Positions 37,941 through 48,066 of a DNA stretch of 64,000 nt are shown piece by piece. The DNA is taken from the NCBI GenBank assembly GCA_964019425.1, contig OZ025786.1, positions 1,240,001 through 1,304,000 of the forward strand, written 5' to 3'. Numbering within the stretch: position 1 is the first letter of the stretch; every line of letters begins with the position of its first letter. Made by a program: the position numbers and the translations under genes. The stretch is from Flectonema sp. DT1601 (lineage: Eukaryota). A model generated the notes under the pieces. It had not been told where the DNA came from and did not search any database. It saw nothing but the letters and a program-made list of their open reading frames with translations.

Positions 37941-38700
37941 CATAGATGGAAGTGCCCTCCAAATTTGGAGGGCGTTTGGTGAAAATCAGCCACAAAAATT
38001 TGTAGGGCCAAAATAGGGCCATTGTAGGGCCAAAATAGGGCCAAAATAGGGCGCTGGAGGGCGCGTAGGGCGCTTTTTTAATTAAATTTAATATAATGCC
38101 GAGCTCATTTTGACACACCCCTGCCCTCAGCGAGGTCGAATCGCATCTTATTTGACTTTTCTCCGGTTCGCCCGATCAAATGCGTCTCTGGGATATCAGT
38201 TTACTTGCCACCAGTAAACTTCTTTTTTTTCTCACAAGGTACCGTGAAGACCGGCCTATTAACAGGTTAGCAAGAACGCACTCTCCCTCCTCGAATCCCT
38301 CTATATTCGACTTGGTGCATTCTGCGGGCTAATCAGCTCCTTGTAGATCTGGGATGCATCGTCCACTGAAATGAGTTTCAGCTTCAGGGATTGCAGCAGG
38401 CTCCGGAAGCTCTCAAGGAGTGGTCCATTGTTTTTGCCATTGTTGACCGTCGAACCATGACCTGGAGGTCTCGGGTTCGAACCCCGTGACACCCTTTTTT
38501 CTCTTTTTCGAAAGACTGCCAAGCATGTCAAAAAAATTTTTTTTGGCTTCTGCGTTAAAATACTTGTGCGTCAGTGTAAGTCCCTGTCAATTTAGCTGTC
38601 TTATAGTAATAAAAAAGGAAAAAAAAAGCGCCCTCCAAAATAATATTTATATTAAAAGCGCCCTACACGCCCTCCAAATTGTAGGGCACTTCCATCTATG
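37941..38700. mobile_element. 760-bp non-autonomous DNA transposon (MITE), CATAG..CTATG termini, 6-bp TSD TTTATT
   Basis: 18-bp perfect TIR CATAGATGGAAGTGCCCT that extends imperfectly to ~35 bp. TTTATT at 37935-37940 and 38701-38706. Subterminal AGGGCC/AGGGCG repeats. GC-richer than flanks and has no transposase. Confidence 0.85.
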
Positions 38701-39549
38701 TTTATTTATCTTTTTTTTTTTTTTTTTTTTCTTTTTTTCCCGCTGTTTTTTTTTATAATCCACTAGAATTAATTCAACCAGAGGAAAAAAATTTTGATAA
38801 TTTTTAAAAAAAGCCAGTCATGAGCTGCTATTTTTTTCACTCTCATTTAAAAGGGTTTTTTTTGTTAAGATTGTTTTTAAAAAAAAAAAAAAAAACAAGT
38901 CCAGAGAAAGTAAACACACAAGGAAAAAAAGTATCGTCCTCAAGGAGATTGCCCACCTTGTGTGTTTGGTCTTTCCCCTTAACTAACATAACAGCTTGGC
39001 TTTTTTTTAATAAAAAAAAAAAAAAAAAGAAGTAAGATGCTCACGACGAACCCCTTCAGGTCCAAATGCGATAAGGCTACTTTTTTTTTCTACATGAAAA
39101 AAAAAAACTACACAAATAATTCAAAAGTTGGGATTCGATCAAGTTCCGTGTCTAGATTTCCGTATTTCGGATTCCGAAGAAGCTATTCGGAATGAAAATA
39201 TTAGGCTAATAATCTGGAGAAAAAAACCTTACTTTGATGTCAGACACGGTTTTCGAACATATTCACAGTGAATCTCATTTTATAGATACAGATATACCAA
39301 CAAGGGAAGCAGTAATTTATTTTATTTTTTTTTTTATTCTTAAAAAAAAAATTAAAACATAAATAAAAAAACCACTCCATTGATTAGTTATCATATCTCG
39401 TAAGTGTAACTTAACAAAAAAAAAAAAAAAAAAAAAAAACGAAGCAAACAAAAAAAAATATTTTTCATCCAATCATGTCTCCACAGTCATCGAGTTGTGG
39501 TTTCATTCCGAAAGATGTCATTCTCAACAACAGATTGCAATGTATTAAA

Positions 39550-41047
39550 CTAGACTTCCCTTGCTTCACCCAGTCCATCATCATTACTATTACTGTTTAC
39601 TAAATTCTTATCCTGAGGAATAGCTGCAGTTGATCCAGCGGTATTTCTCGGACAAAACCACAACGTACTAAGTGACTGGATGGAGTATTTTGCCAGAGAC
39701 AGTTGAACGCACCTGAAGTTTTATTATTTAATTATTTTTCAAACAACATTACAAAAATGACACAAAACGAAAAAGTTATATTCCTATCGAACTGCAATAC
39801 GGCGGTTTGGAATTGACGAGTTAAATAGAAAGGTTTGTGAGACTTTTTGTAAATAATAAAAAAAAAAAAAAAAAAATAAAAAAAAACATACTTTTGATAC
39901 CCAGGATTTGAAACCTTCTTTCCTAATAATCCGTGTCGTGTAAGAATCTGTGTTGTTGTTGTTGTTGTTGTTATTTTTTTTTTTCACTTTGAAAAAAAAA
40001 AAAAAAAAAAAAATTACAAACCATTGTGACTTTATTTATATCATTTGTCTGCCAAACCATTGCCTGCAAGGCCGCCTTCTTACCACCAGAAGGAAAGTCT
40101 TTTGGTTTCAAGATCAAGTCTGGTCCAGATGGAAACGTCCAACGACATCCATCAGTACAACTAAGGGTTTCCTTTTGAGGAGATCCTGGCAATGGAAACA
40201 CTGAATTCTCAGTTCCAAGAGACACCAGAGAATCCAAATCCATTTGAGTAGGGTCATAGTTAACGATTACTTCCTTAGCGAGTAGTAAACCTAATGACCC
40301 TTGATTTGATGCTTTAAACAGTCTCGCAGGATTCTTATTAGCCTTACGGATTTCTTCCGACTTTGTGTAAGGTACGACTGTTCCTTTTTTCCAATCAGTT
40401 TCTGTTGCTGCTTCGAATTGTTCTAAAAATTCTCTTCTGGTGTAGACTTTTTCATCACTGAACATACGTCTTTCGGGTAAAAGTTCATTCGCACCGAATG
40501 GTCTACAAGATGGCTCCCTGCATATATAAACAGCAGGTGTAGACCTGTTGAACCACTCATTAATGACAAATGACCATTGTAAGTCTCTTCTACTTCTGAC
40601 AGAAATTTGTTTTTCTTGAAGTGCGTTTGTTGTGTTTTTTGAATTCTTGCAAGGTGCAAATCCTATTCCCTGACGAAATGGTTTTCTAAATACTATTGTG
40701 ACACCTCCAATCATGAATGACATTGCGAATTGTTCTTCTTTCTGTGATGAACCAGCAATAGGTTCGATACTCCACGCTGCTGGTACAGCTAATGAATGAG
40801 TCAGTCCTTTCACGGCTGCTTTTATCTCAGCTGACGTCGCATTCATTCCAACACTAATCTGATCAATTTTCCTAACAATATGATTTTGATTAACTGGACA
40901 AAGAGATCCTAATTTCTTCGATGATGATGTTTTATTTGATTTTTTTTTCATTGACGCTTCGAATACCCGAAGACCATCGTCCTTTTTAACTCTTTGAATC
41001 GCACCCAACTGACTTACCAGTATTGTTGTCAGGACGATCAATATCAT
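39550..41047 (-). CDS. Hypothetical secreted/membrane protein, multi-exon (3' exon structure uncertain)
   Basis: Signal-like MILIVLTTILVSQLGA and an ERRxxxDxxxYTRxEFxxxF..W motif. The ORF ends in a T/A tract near 40020, followed by short exon-like blocks (39892-39947, ~39780-39842, ~39550-39712). Confidence 0.55.
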
Positions 41048-41427
41048 TTTATTATTATTGCTTTTTTTATTTTCTAAGTTTAACGAACAATAAGTACAAA
41101 TGATTTCCAACCCATACCCTACAGTGATTCATATTACAATGAAAGATTCCGAAGCAGTGCAGACCGGTAGTGAGCACGGTGTTAAAACAAGATTCCCTTA
41201 CCTATATTGCAATAAAAGGGTGAAAAGAAAACTTAATTTGAGGAGGTATCAAGCTTACGTTTTTTTTTTTTTTTTTTTTTGTCCAATAATAACATAATCG
41301 AATTGTAGAAAAAGAAATAAATAAAACAACAGACGACTACTCAACAAATAAGAAACATAAAAGAAATATATAAAACATAAAACAGATGATTGTCGTGTGT
41401 AAACAACGGCAGCTAAAACTAGAAATA

Positions 41428-42089
41428 TTACACCCACGGCATCCATCTTCCCTTTTCTTGATCATAAAAAGTGATTGGGATTCCTTTTTTGTTATTTCCA
41501 TCATATCGAACTTGAGCTATCCACCCATCAACTTCTTCTTCACGAACTTCAACAGCGGAGTACTCAGGTGGTTGTGTGCTTCTATCGTGTCTTCGAGAAT
41601 TCATTTCACGCTCTTCTCCCTCCAGCATTGATGGTTTTGGTCCATACTTTCTAAACATATAACCACTACACACTCCACAGAAGATACCGAACATTATAAA
41701 TGATATTAAGAAAGCCCACTTGTTTCCATGATTTACTGGTCCCCATATGTCACCCTGTTCTTTTGATGCCGTTCCATTACTGGGTGAATTGCTTGGAGGA
41801 AATGTCCACACAGGCGGTGTTGATGTAACCTGTTTTCGTTAATTTAGAAAAAAAAAAAAAAAAAAGTTAAATTCACTTGATAAGGGTCACATACCGCACA
41901 TGTAGCTCTAACCCCCACAGTTGTGCTTCCCGAACCCGATACACAAGAACATAAAAAGTCCAATTCAACATCATAGTTTGGGTCTCTGCAATTTTGATCA
42001 ACCCCGCAAGGTGTTGCAGAACATTCATTCACAGCAGAATGAACTACTTGAATAATGAGAAAGGTCGATAACACTATTTTAACAATCAT
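41428..42089 (-). CDS. Single-pass membrane protein with EGF-like Cys-rich domain; intron 41830-41876
   Basis: Signal peptide, NECSATPCGVDQNCRDPN..DFLCSC, an in-frame splice to VTSTPPVWTF, and TM segment WAFLISFIMFGIFCGVCSGYMF. Confidence 0.8.
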
Positions 42090-42222
42090 CGTTTTGATTC
42101 TTGTTCCTGTTGTTAAGTATGTTAAAATACGACGTTTCTAAATAAAATTCAACTTCAGTAAAATCAAATGAATTTTCAGGTGTAAATGAGAAAGGGAAAA
42201 AAGGGGATGCATTTTTATTTAC

Positions 42223-42253
<31 letters not shown>

Positions 42254-42411
42254 TTTTTTAAAAAAAAGGGCAACCAAACATAAACCGGAGCAAGAGGAAA
42301 GAATGCGACCTCACTCTGAAAAGAGTCAAGTGTACAGGTTTATTTTTTTTCTATTTTTTTTTTTTTTTTTTTTTTCCCCCATCACGCATGATGAAAAACC
42401 GTCTATCACAT

Positions 42412-44433
42412 CTAAGATGGCATTGACAATGGACTAGCTTGCGGATGTTCTTTTAGCATTTTCTCTTTCCATCCCATGATCGCTCTTCTAAGTGCTAAGT
42501 TAGGTATTAAATCTTTGTTGTTTAGTTTTTTATTTGTATTTGGAGACGTGTCGTGTGAGATTAACCAACTCTTGATAGCTAAGTGCTCATAGACATGTCC
42601 ATCACAAGTACACGTAGGATCTATTAATATTTCACCAGTGATAGTACAAAGGTACTCTTCAGGGATGTGTTCTTGTCCAATAGCTGTTGTGATATAATTA
42701 TTTATTTCTGATTCCTCCTCAACTTGTTCAGGTGATCGTCCATCCAACGCATTAGTACCCTTTTCATCCAAAGGATTTATATCACAACTTGATTGAGATG
42801 TCAAATTTTGTTCGATTTCTCTGTTTTTCTGATCTGCTAATCTCTCCATTCTCAAGAAATCGAGTCTCGCAGTTATTTTATACCTTTCTATAGCACTGTA
42901 TCCCAAGTCTTCTTTCAGCATCTCTTCAAATTGAGAATCGGTAAACCCAGCTCCAGGTGTGAATAGTTGTCCTTCTTCAATACCATGAATCTGAAGTCTG
43001 GTGATACATTGATCATACAACTCAATTTCTGTTAAAATTTTACCTTCCTGGGGTGTTTGTGGTTTCGAAACAGCAGATTTTTTCTTTTTCTTAGAACTTG
43101 CAGTATCAGGTAACGGTGACAATGGCGGTGTTCTCGGAGGGGTTCGAACTGGATTCAAAACGTGATCGGGACCAGTCGAAGGAGCGAGTTGCTGTGATAG
43201 AGGTGGTGTTTTCGGTTTTCGTCGTGATGCTGTTGGTACAGGAGGAGAGACACCTCTCCGCTCATATATTTCTTTTTGTTGAATAACCCAATCTTTTCTC
43301 TCAGGTATGAATGATGTTGCTGATGGATCGATTGATTCCGAGCCACCAGACATTGGACTGTTTGGGAGATCTGTATTCTGAGCTCCTAAATTATGCGTCA
43401 CTCCCCTCGACAATTCACAAAGTCGTCTTATCGCTGTAATTAATACGTTAGCAGATTCTCTTGGTAGAGTCACACCTTTTCCTAATTCTGGAAAACGAAG
43501 CATTTTCGATCTCGGATCGAGGTTTAAGCGTCTGACTGGAGGTCGTGCAGCACCATCAACAGTGTACTTTAATCCAGATAAAGAAGCCATCATTTGTATT
43601 GTGTATCCAGTAGTCACATCTAAGAATAATACGCTGCTGTTACATATTACTGTTGTTTCAGGTGATTGTGGTCGGGGTGGTTTGAATTTCTCCAGAACGT
43701 ATTCTTCGACTGTAATATAATCGTCTCCCTTTGTAGCAGCCAGATATTTATTTTTAAAATAATCATCGAGGGGATGATTATCTTGAATTTGATTAGTTTC
43801 TTTATTTTGATAGACGATATCTCCATCTTTATTTTTAACACTCTGCCATGGTGGTGGAACCATGCATTGGATACCCTCTCTTGCGATTGGCATAAGGTGA
43901 GGATAGAGATTCAGATCCATTTCTATCCATTTAGCATATTGATAGTCTTCGTCAGTGTACTCATCAGGAATGTCATTTCTAGTTTTCACAGTTAAGTCTA
44001 ATACAGTTGTGGGGGAAGCATCGCTTTTTTGTTTTTTTGATTTGACTTTTTCTTGACTAAGAGAACGTTGTCTTGATGTAGTTGGTTGCTCTCCTTGAAA
44101 TGTTTCTTTTCTTTTTTTTTTAATTAATTTGGTTGGGCTTGTAATATTCTCTTCAGTCGGTGGTTGGTTCACAACCTGCGGTGGAGTTTTTGGTCTCGTT
44201 TGAATTGCGTTCATCGCTGTAGTTGCTTTTAATATTTCTTTCTGCAACATAATATCTTGATCCCGCATTTTTTTTATATCTCTGACAACCCTCCTTGCTC
44301 CTGTTCCAATCCCAATCCCTCCGATTTTTTCATCGTCGGTTTCCTGTACCTTTTCTGTTGTGTACACATGAGAAACTTTTTTATTTTTTTCTTTTGGTTC
44401 ACATCGGACTTCGGAGCTCCCTCCGGAACCCAT
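42412..44433 (-). CDS. U-box E3 ubiquitin ligase-like protein with WW-like domain
   Basis: C-terminal IPEEYLCTITGEILIDP..DGHVYE..AIKSWL..TSPNT..LIPNLALR. WW-like PPPWQSV..IVYQN..HPLD. N-terminal MGSGGS (myristoylation-like). Confidence 0.85.
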   Translation of the reverse strand: MGSGGSSEVRCEPKEKNKKVSHVYTTEKVQETDDEKIGGIGIGTGARRVVRDIKKMRDQDIMLQKEILKATTAMNAIQTRPKTPPQVVNQPPTEENITSPTKLIKKKRKETFQGEQPTTSRQRSLSQEKVKSKKQKSDASPTTVLDLTVKTRNDIPDEYTDEDYQYAKWIEMDLNLYPHLMPIAREGIQCMVPPPWQSVKNKDGDIVYQNKETNQIQDNHPLDDYFKNKYLAATKGDDYITVEEYVLEKFKPPRPQSPETTVICNSSVLFLDVTTGYTIQMMASLSGLKYTVDGAARPPVRRLNLDPRSKMLRFPELGKGVTLPRESANVLITAIRRLCELSRGVTHNLGAQNTDLPNSPMSGGSESIDPSATSFIPERKDWVIQQKEIYERRGVSPPVPTASRRKPKTPPLSQQLAPSTGPDHVLNPVRTPPRTPPLSPLPDTASSKKKKKSAVSKPQTPQEGKILTEIELYDQCITRLQIHGIEEGQLFTPGAGFTDSQFEEMLKEDLGYSAIERYKITARLDFLRMERLADQKNREIEQNLTSQSSCDINPLDEKGTNALDGRSPEQVEEESEINNYITTAIGQEHIPEEYLCTITGEILIDPTCTCDGHVYEHLAIKSWLISHDTSPNTNKKLNNKDLIPNLALRRAIMGWKEKMLKEHPQASPLSMPS

Positions 44434-44847
44434 TCTTTCAATGGTTCGACTAAAGAAATTACATCACAGAGACGACAGAAGATGTTATTTTTTTTATGTT
44501 TGTTATTTTTGAATTCAGATGAAAATAAACCTTTGAGGGAAGATAAATAAATAAAGAGATTAATACCACACAACAGTCGACACCAATCAAAAGGAATCCT
44601 TCTCTCTCTTAACTCCTAATGAAGAGGAAGATAAGATTATTATTTGTTATCACTATTTATGATGCATAAATAACATAAAAACTATTTAACGGATACTAAA
44701 AGAGCTGAAAAGATATAAGACCTTGACACTTGTTGAAGCCGCAGTTAAGGAAGCAGGTTGTTAATGTCTTGGATGACATGTCAAGACAATCAGATTGACT
44801 CATAAAGAGTATTGTTGAGGCTGCGATATCATTTTCGTATTGTGAGC

Positions 44848-45333
44848 TCAGTCTTCGTCTGATTCGCTGATATCCTTCTTCTTCTTCTTCTTCTTTTTTG
44901 ATTTTTTCTCCTTCTTACTCTTTTTACTTTTCTTTTCTTTTTTAACATTTCCTTCATCTCCTGAATGTTTGGATCTTTTAATCGAAGGAACGTCTTCACT
45001 TTCCTCACTCGCATAGTCTCCATCGTCCTCGTCCTCAGATCCCTGAGAAACCTCATCGTCTATATATTTACTGTTCTTCTTACGTTCGCGTTCCACTGCT
45101 TCATCATAAGCCTCGGGATTCTCAAATATCCACTTCTCTTGTGCCTCCTTCCTCTTTTGTGATCGAAACTTACGCAACTGTGCTAACACTCTGTCTTGTG
45201 ACTTCCCACAGAGAAGTGCTTTTCTTATGACTGACATAGCTTCTTGTTGCCACTGGTCTTCAATACTTTTAAACCCCTCAATAAGAAGTAGTTGATATTC
45301 TGGGTCTATAGTTGAAACCATCGAAAGGTCCAT
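44848..45333 (-). CDS. Hypothetical protein with acidic/lysine-rich C-terminus
   Basis: ORF from MDLSMV, on the same strand as the cluster. Confidence 0.6.
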   Translation of the reverse strand: MDLSMVSTIDPEYQLLLIEGFKSIEDQWQQEAMSVIRKALLCGKSQDRVLAQLRKFRSQKRKEAQEKWIFENPEAYDEAVERERKKNSKYIDDEVSQGSEDEDDGDYASEESEDVPSIKRSKHSGDEGNVKKEKKSKKSKKEKKSKKKKKKKKDISESDED

Positions 45334-45601
45334 TGTTGATAGTTTTACCGGCTGTATAATGAAAAGAGGTTTGTTGTAAAGAGAAAACGACAACAGCAAC
45401 AACAACTACTTATCTTGATCAAATACACTATGTGGATAGCACTGACACCCTCTCTTCTATTAGTGAGGTAGGTCAACCACAAAACATTAACGAATTATGA
45501 AAAAAAAAAGAAGGAAGAAAAAAAAAAGATGAAAAGAACAAAAGAATTTTTTTTTTTTTTTTTCTTGATGATAAATGCACTGTTACCGTAATTTTTTTAA
45601 C

Positions 45602-45637
<36 letters not shown>

Positions 45638-45700
45638 TAAAAGTAAAAGTAAATAAATAAAAATAAAAGAACCGGATTCCCAACAACAAGCAGGGGAATC

Positions 45701-47245
45701 TTACTTTAGAACAAGCTGTCGTTTTTTCTTAACAACACGGCGCTTAACGAGTCTACGTCTATTTGAAGGTTTAGCAGTTGACATTATTTTTTTTGGAGAT
45801 GAAATAGGCGACTCGTTCGCCGCCGCAGCAGCGGCAGCAGCAGCGCGTTCAATACGACGCTCAGCAGCTAGTCCCAAGTCATAGATCAGTGGAATAACGA
45901 GAATGTGATTTTGTGTAGATGATGATGTCAGCCAACGTCCTAAACGTGGTTCTCTTGAAACTGCAACAATTAAATGACTTCCATCTCGTGTGCAGTGAAT
46001 CCAGTTAACAATTCCAGTGACTGGGATATTGCTGTGGAGTTTTATTTTGTTAAGAGTCGATGCATCGGTTGGTACAAATTCACCTGATGTCTGTGTTGAG
46101 TCGCACAATCTCCAAAAGTTTAATGATCCTCCGTACCCTCCAGTGACTGCGAAGTCTGAATAAGGAACACTTGCAATCGCTAAAATTGAATTTGGTTGAG
46201 AAGATGCTGCCGGGTTTGTTGATCCAATTTCAGAACAGATCTCCTCGGGACTCATATTTTGTTGTAAACCATCGCCATCACCACTCCAACCAATACCGTG
46301 AGTGGTAGTAACAGTATCAATTGGTCTTCTTTTCTGATTATCATACAGCTTTACTGCTCCATTAGCACATCCAACTAAAAACCTACTATCAGCCATAAAG
46401 GTACCGCATTCTACAGTAGATCCAGCATCATTGAATACGAGTTGAGTTCCTTTTTCAATTTTAAATAATCGAAGAGTACGATCATCACCTGTTGTGAGTG
46501 CTTCTTCTTTAAAACAACCAGTGACACTTGTCATTCTACCAGTGTGACCGAAGAAGGTATCAATAAGTACTCCGTCCTCAGCATGCCAAACTTTTAAAGT
46601 TCTATCAGCAGAAGAACTGAGAAGAGTATTTCTTGATAGACGAAATGAAAGTCCGGTAACAGCACCACGATGGCCTTCTAGAGTGTGAAGTTGAGTGCCT
46701 GTGGCGGCATCCCAAACGAATATTTTACCGTCTTCTGAACCTGTTGCGATTAGTTCGTCGAATTTTGTAGCTGCTTGATGCATTGAATTACGATCACCTC
46801 TGACGTTAATTCCTGAAGCCTCTTGCGCTACTTTAGTCATAGCAATGGAAAGGACCTTTCCGGTGTGTCTTCCCATTAGTTGCCAGTCAGTCCGAGATGT
46901 GAAATTAGATCGAAAAACGTTTCCATTTTTATCTCCATACCAAATCCATTGAGAGTCTGCAGTGCAGCAACAAGCAGTTGGAGCCCCACGCGCGCAAGGT
47001 AAAATAATCGGATCACTGACTACAGCTGAATCAGCGAGAGATTTTTGATCCCGACCACCAACTTTTAGTGCTTCCATTCGAAGTTTTTCACCCATTAATA
47101 TATCGTCTTCTGCTTCTTTTCCCATTTCAATTCCCTCCATTGGATGTGGTCCATCTAACTCATCGCCGCTGTTGTCGAGTTCGAGGATTGGAGCCGCACT
47201 TTTCTTCTTAACTACCTTCCGGCGTCGTACTATCTTTTTTACCAT
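45701..47245 (-). CDS. RRP9: U3 snoRNP-associated WD40 protein (U3-55K/Rrp9)
   Basis: WD40 repeats (GHRGAVTGLSFR, DRTLKVW..DTFFGH), AVSREPRLGRW C-terminal signature and basic termini. Confidence 0.85.
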   Translation of the reverse strand: MVKKIVRRRKVVKKKSAAPILELDNSGDELDGPHPMEGIEMGKEAEDDILMGEKLRMEALKVGGRDQKSLADSAVVSDPIILPCARGAPTACCCTADSQWIWYGDKNGNVFRSNFTSRTDWQLMGRHTGKVLSIAMTKVAQEASGINVRGDRNSMHQAATKFDELIATGSEDGKIFVWDAATGTQLHTLEGHRGAVTGLSFRLSRNTLLSSSADRTLKVWHAEDGVLIDTFFGHTGRMTSVTGCFKEEALTTGDDRTLRLFKIEKGTQLVFNDAGSTVECGTFMADSRFLVGCANGAVKLYDNQKRRPIDTVTTTHGIGWSGDGDGLQQNMSPEEICSEIGSTNPAASSQPNSILAIASVPYSDFAVTGGYGGSLNFWRLCDSTQTSGEFVPTDASTLNKIKLHSNIPVTGIVNWIHCTRDGSHLIVAVSREPRLGRWLTSSSTQNHILVIPLIYDLGLAAERRIERAAAAAAAAANESPISSPKKIMSTAKPSNRRRLVKRRVVKKKRQLVLK

Positions 47246-48066
47246 TTTCTTTCTTTCTTTTTTTTTTTTTTTCCTTTTTTAAATTTACGAAATGATGGTC
47301 CTGGTTGAATTTTAATATTAAAAAAAAGTTTTTCCAAAAAAAAAACCTGATGGTTCTACCATCAACAGCACTCTACAAGTTATCATTTCAAGGCTTTAAG
47401 AGAGCACCCCAGTCTGCTATATAAATAGATATGCATGAATTAGCTCACAGTAATTTAAACGGTATCAGTAGTACAGGGAGATACCCCCACAGAGATAGCT
47501 GCAAAATTAGCTTTTCTTTTCTTTTTTTTTTTTTTTTTTTCTCCCGAAGACACGAAACACAAGCAAAATAACAACAAAATGAAAACGGTCATCGTGGTAA
47601 TCGAGGAATCGGAGGAATCGAAAAAGAAAAAAAAAAAAAAACAGGCAAACTGCTTTCCTGAACTGACTAGATAACAACAAGGGAACGCAAACGCGGTGAA
47701 GGGAAGAAACGAATGCCGTCATCACTTTCTTTGAAATATTGCAGTTACAGAACAGTGAGAGTTGTTGTTTGTCTTTTTTTTTTTTTTTGAAAAACTTTTT
47801 TTTTTTTTTTTGCTGCTTGACTAGAGAATACAATGAACGAAATGCTGCGACATAGAAGTTTCAAACCGCGCAAAAATCCGTTCTTTTTTTATTTTTTTTC
47901 TCCCTCTTAACGTTTTTTTTTTTTTTTTTTCAATGTCTGTAATTAGCCTGGTATGTATTAACCTTTTACTATACCATCGTAATCACCATATGTTTGAAAT
48001 AGGGACAACAACGTCTAATGATATCCTACTGGGCAGGTTTTCTGCTCAGAAATATAAATTATAACC

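Noticed and set aside
38415..38500. Functional tRNA-Met gene
   Set aside because: The 5' acceptor strand and anticodon stem are missing, so it is reported only as a tRNA-like fragment.
37941..38700. MITE as a deletion derivative of the MULE at 54520
   Set aside because: The termini (CATAG versus GGG) and TSD lengths (6 versus 9 bp) differ, and only a short motif is shared.
40..47833. Numerous short poly-K/poly-F ORFs and poly-K N-terminal extensions
   Set aside because: They arise from intergenic or UTR homopolymer tracts and have no protein-like content.
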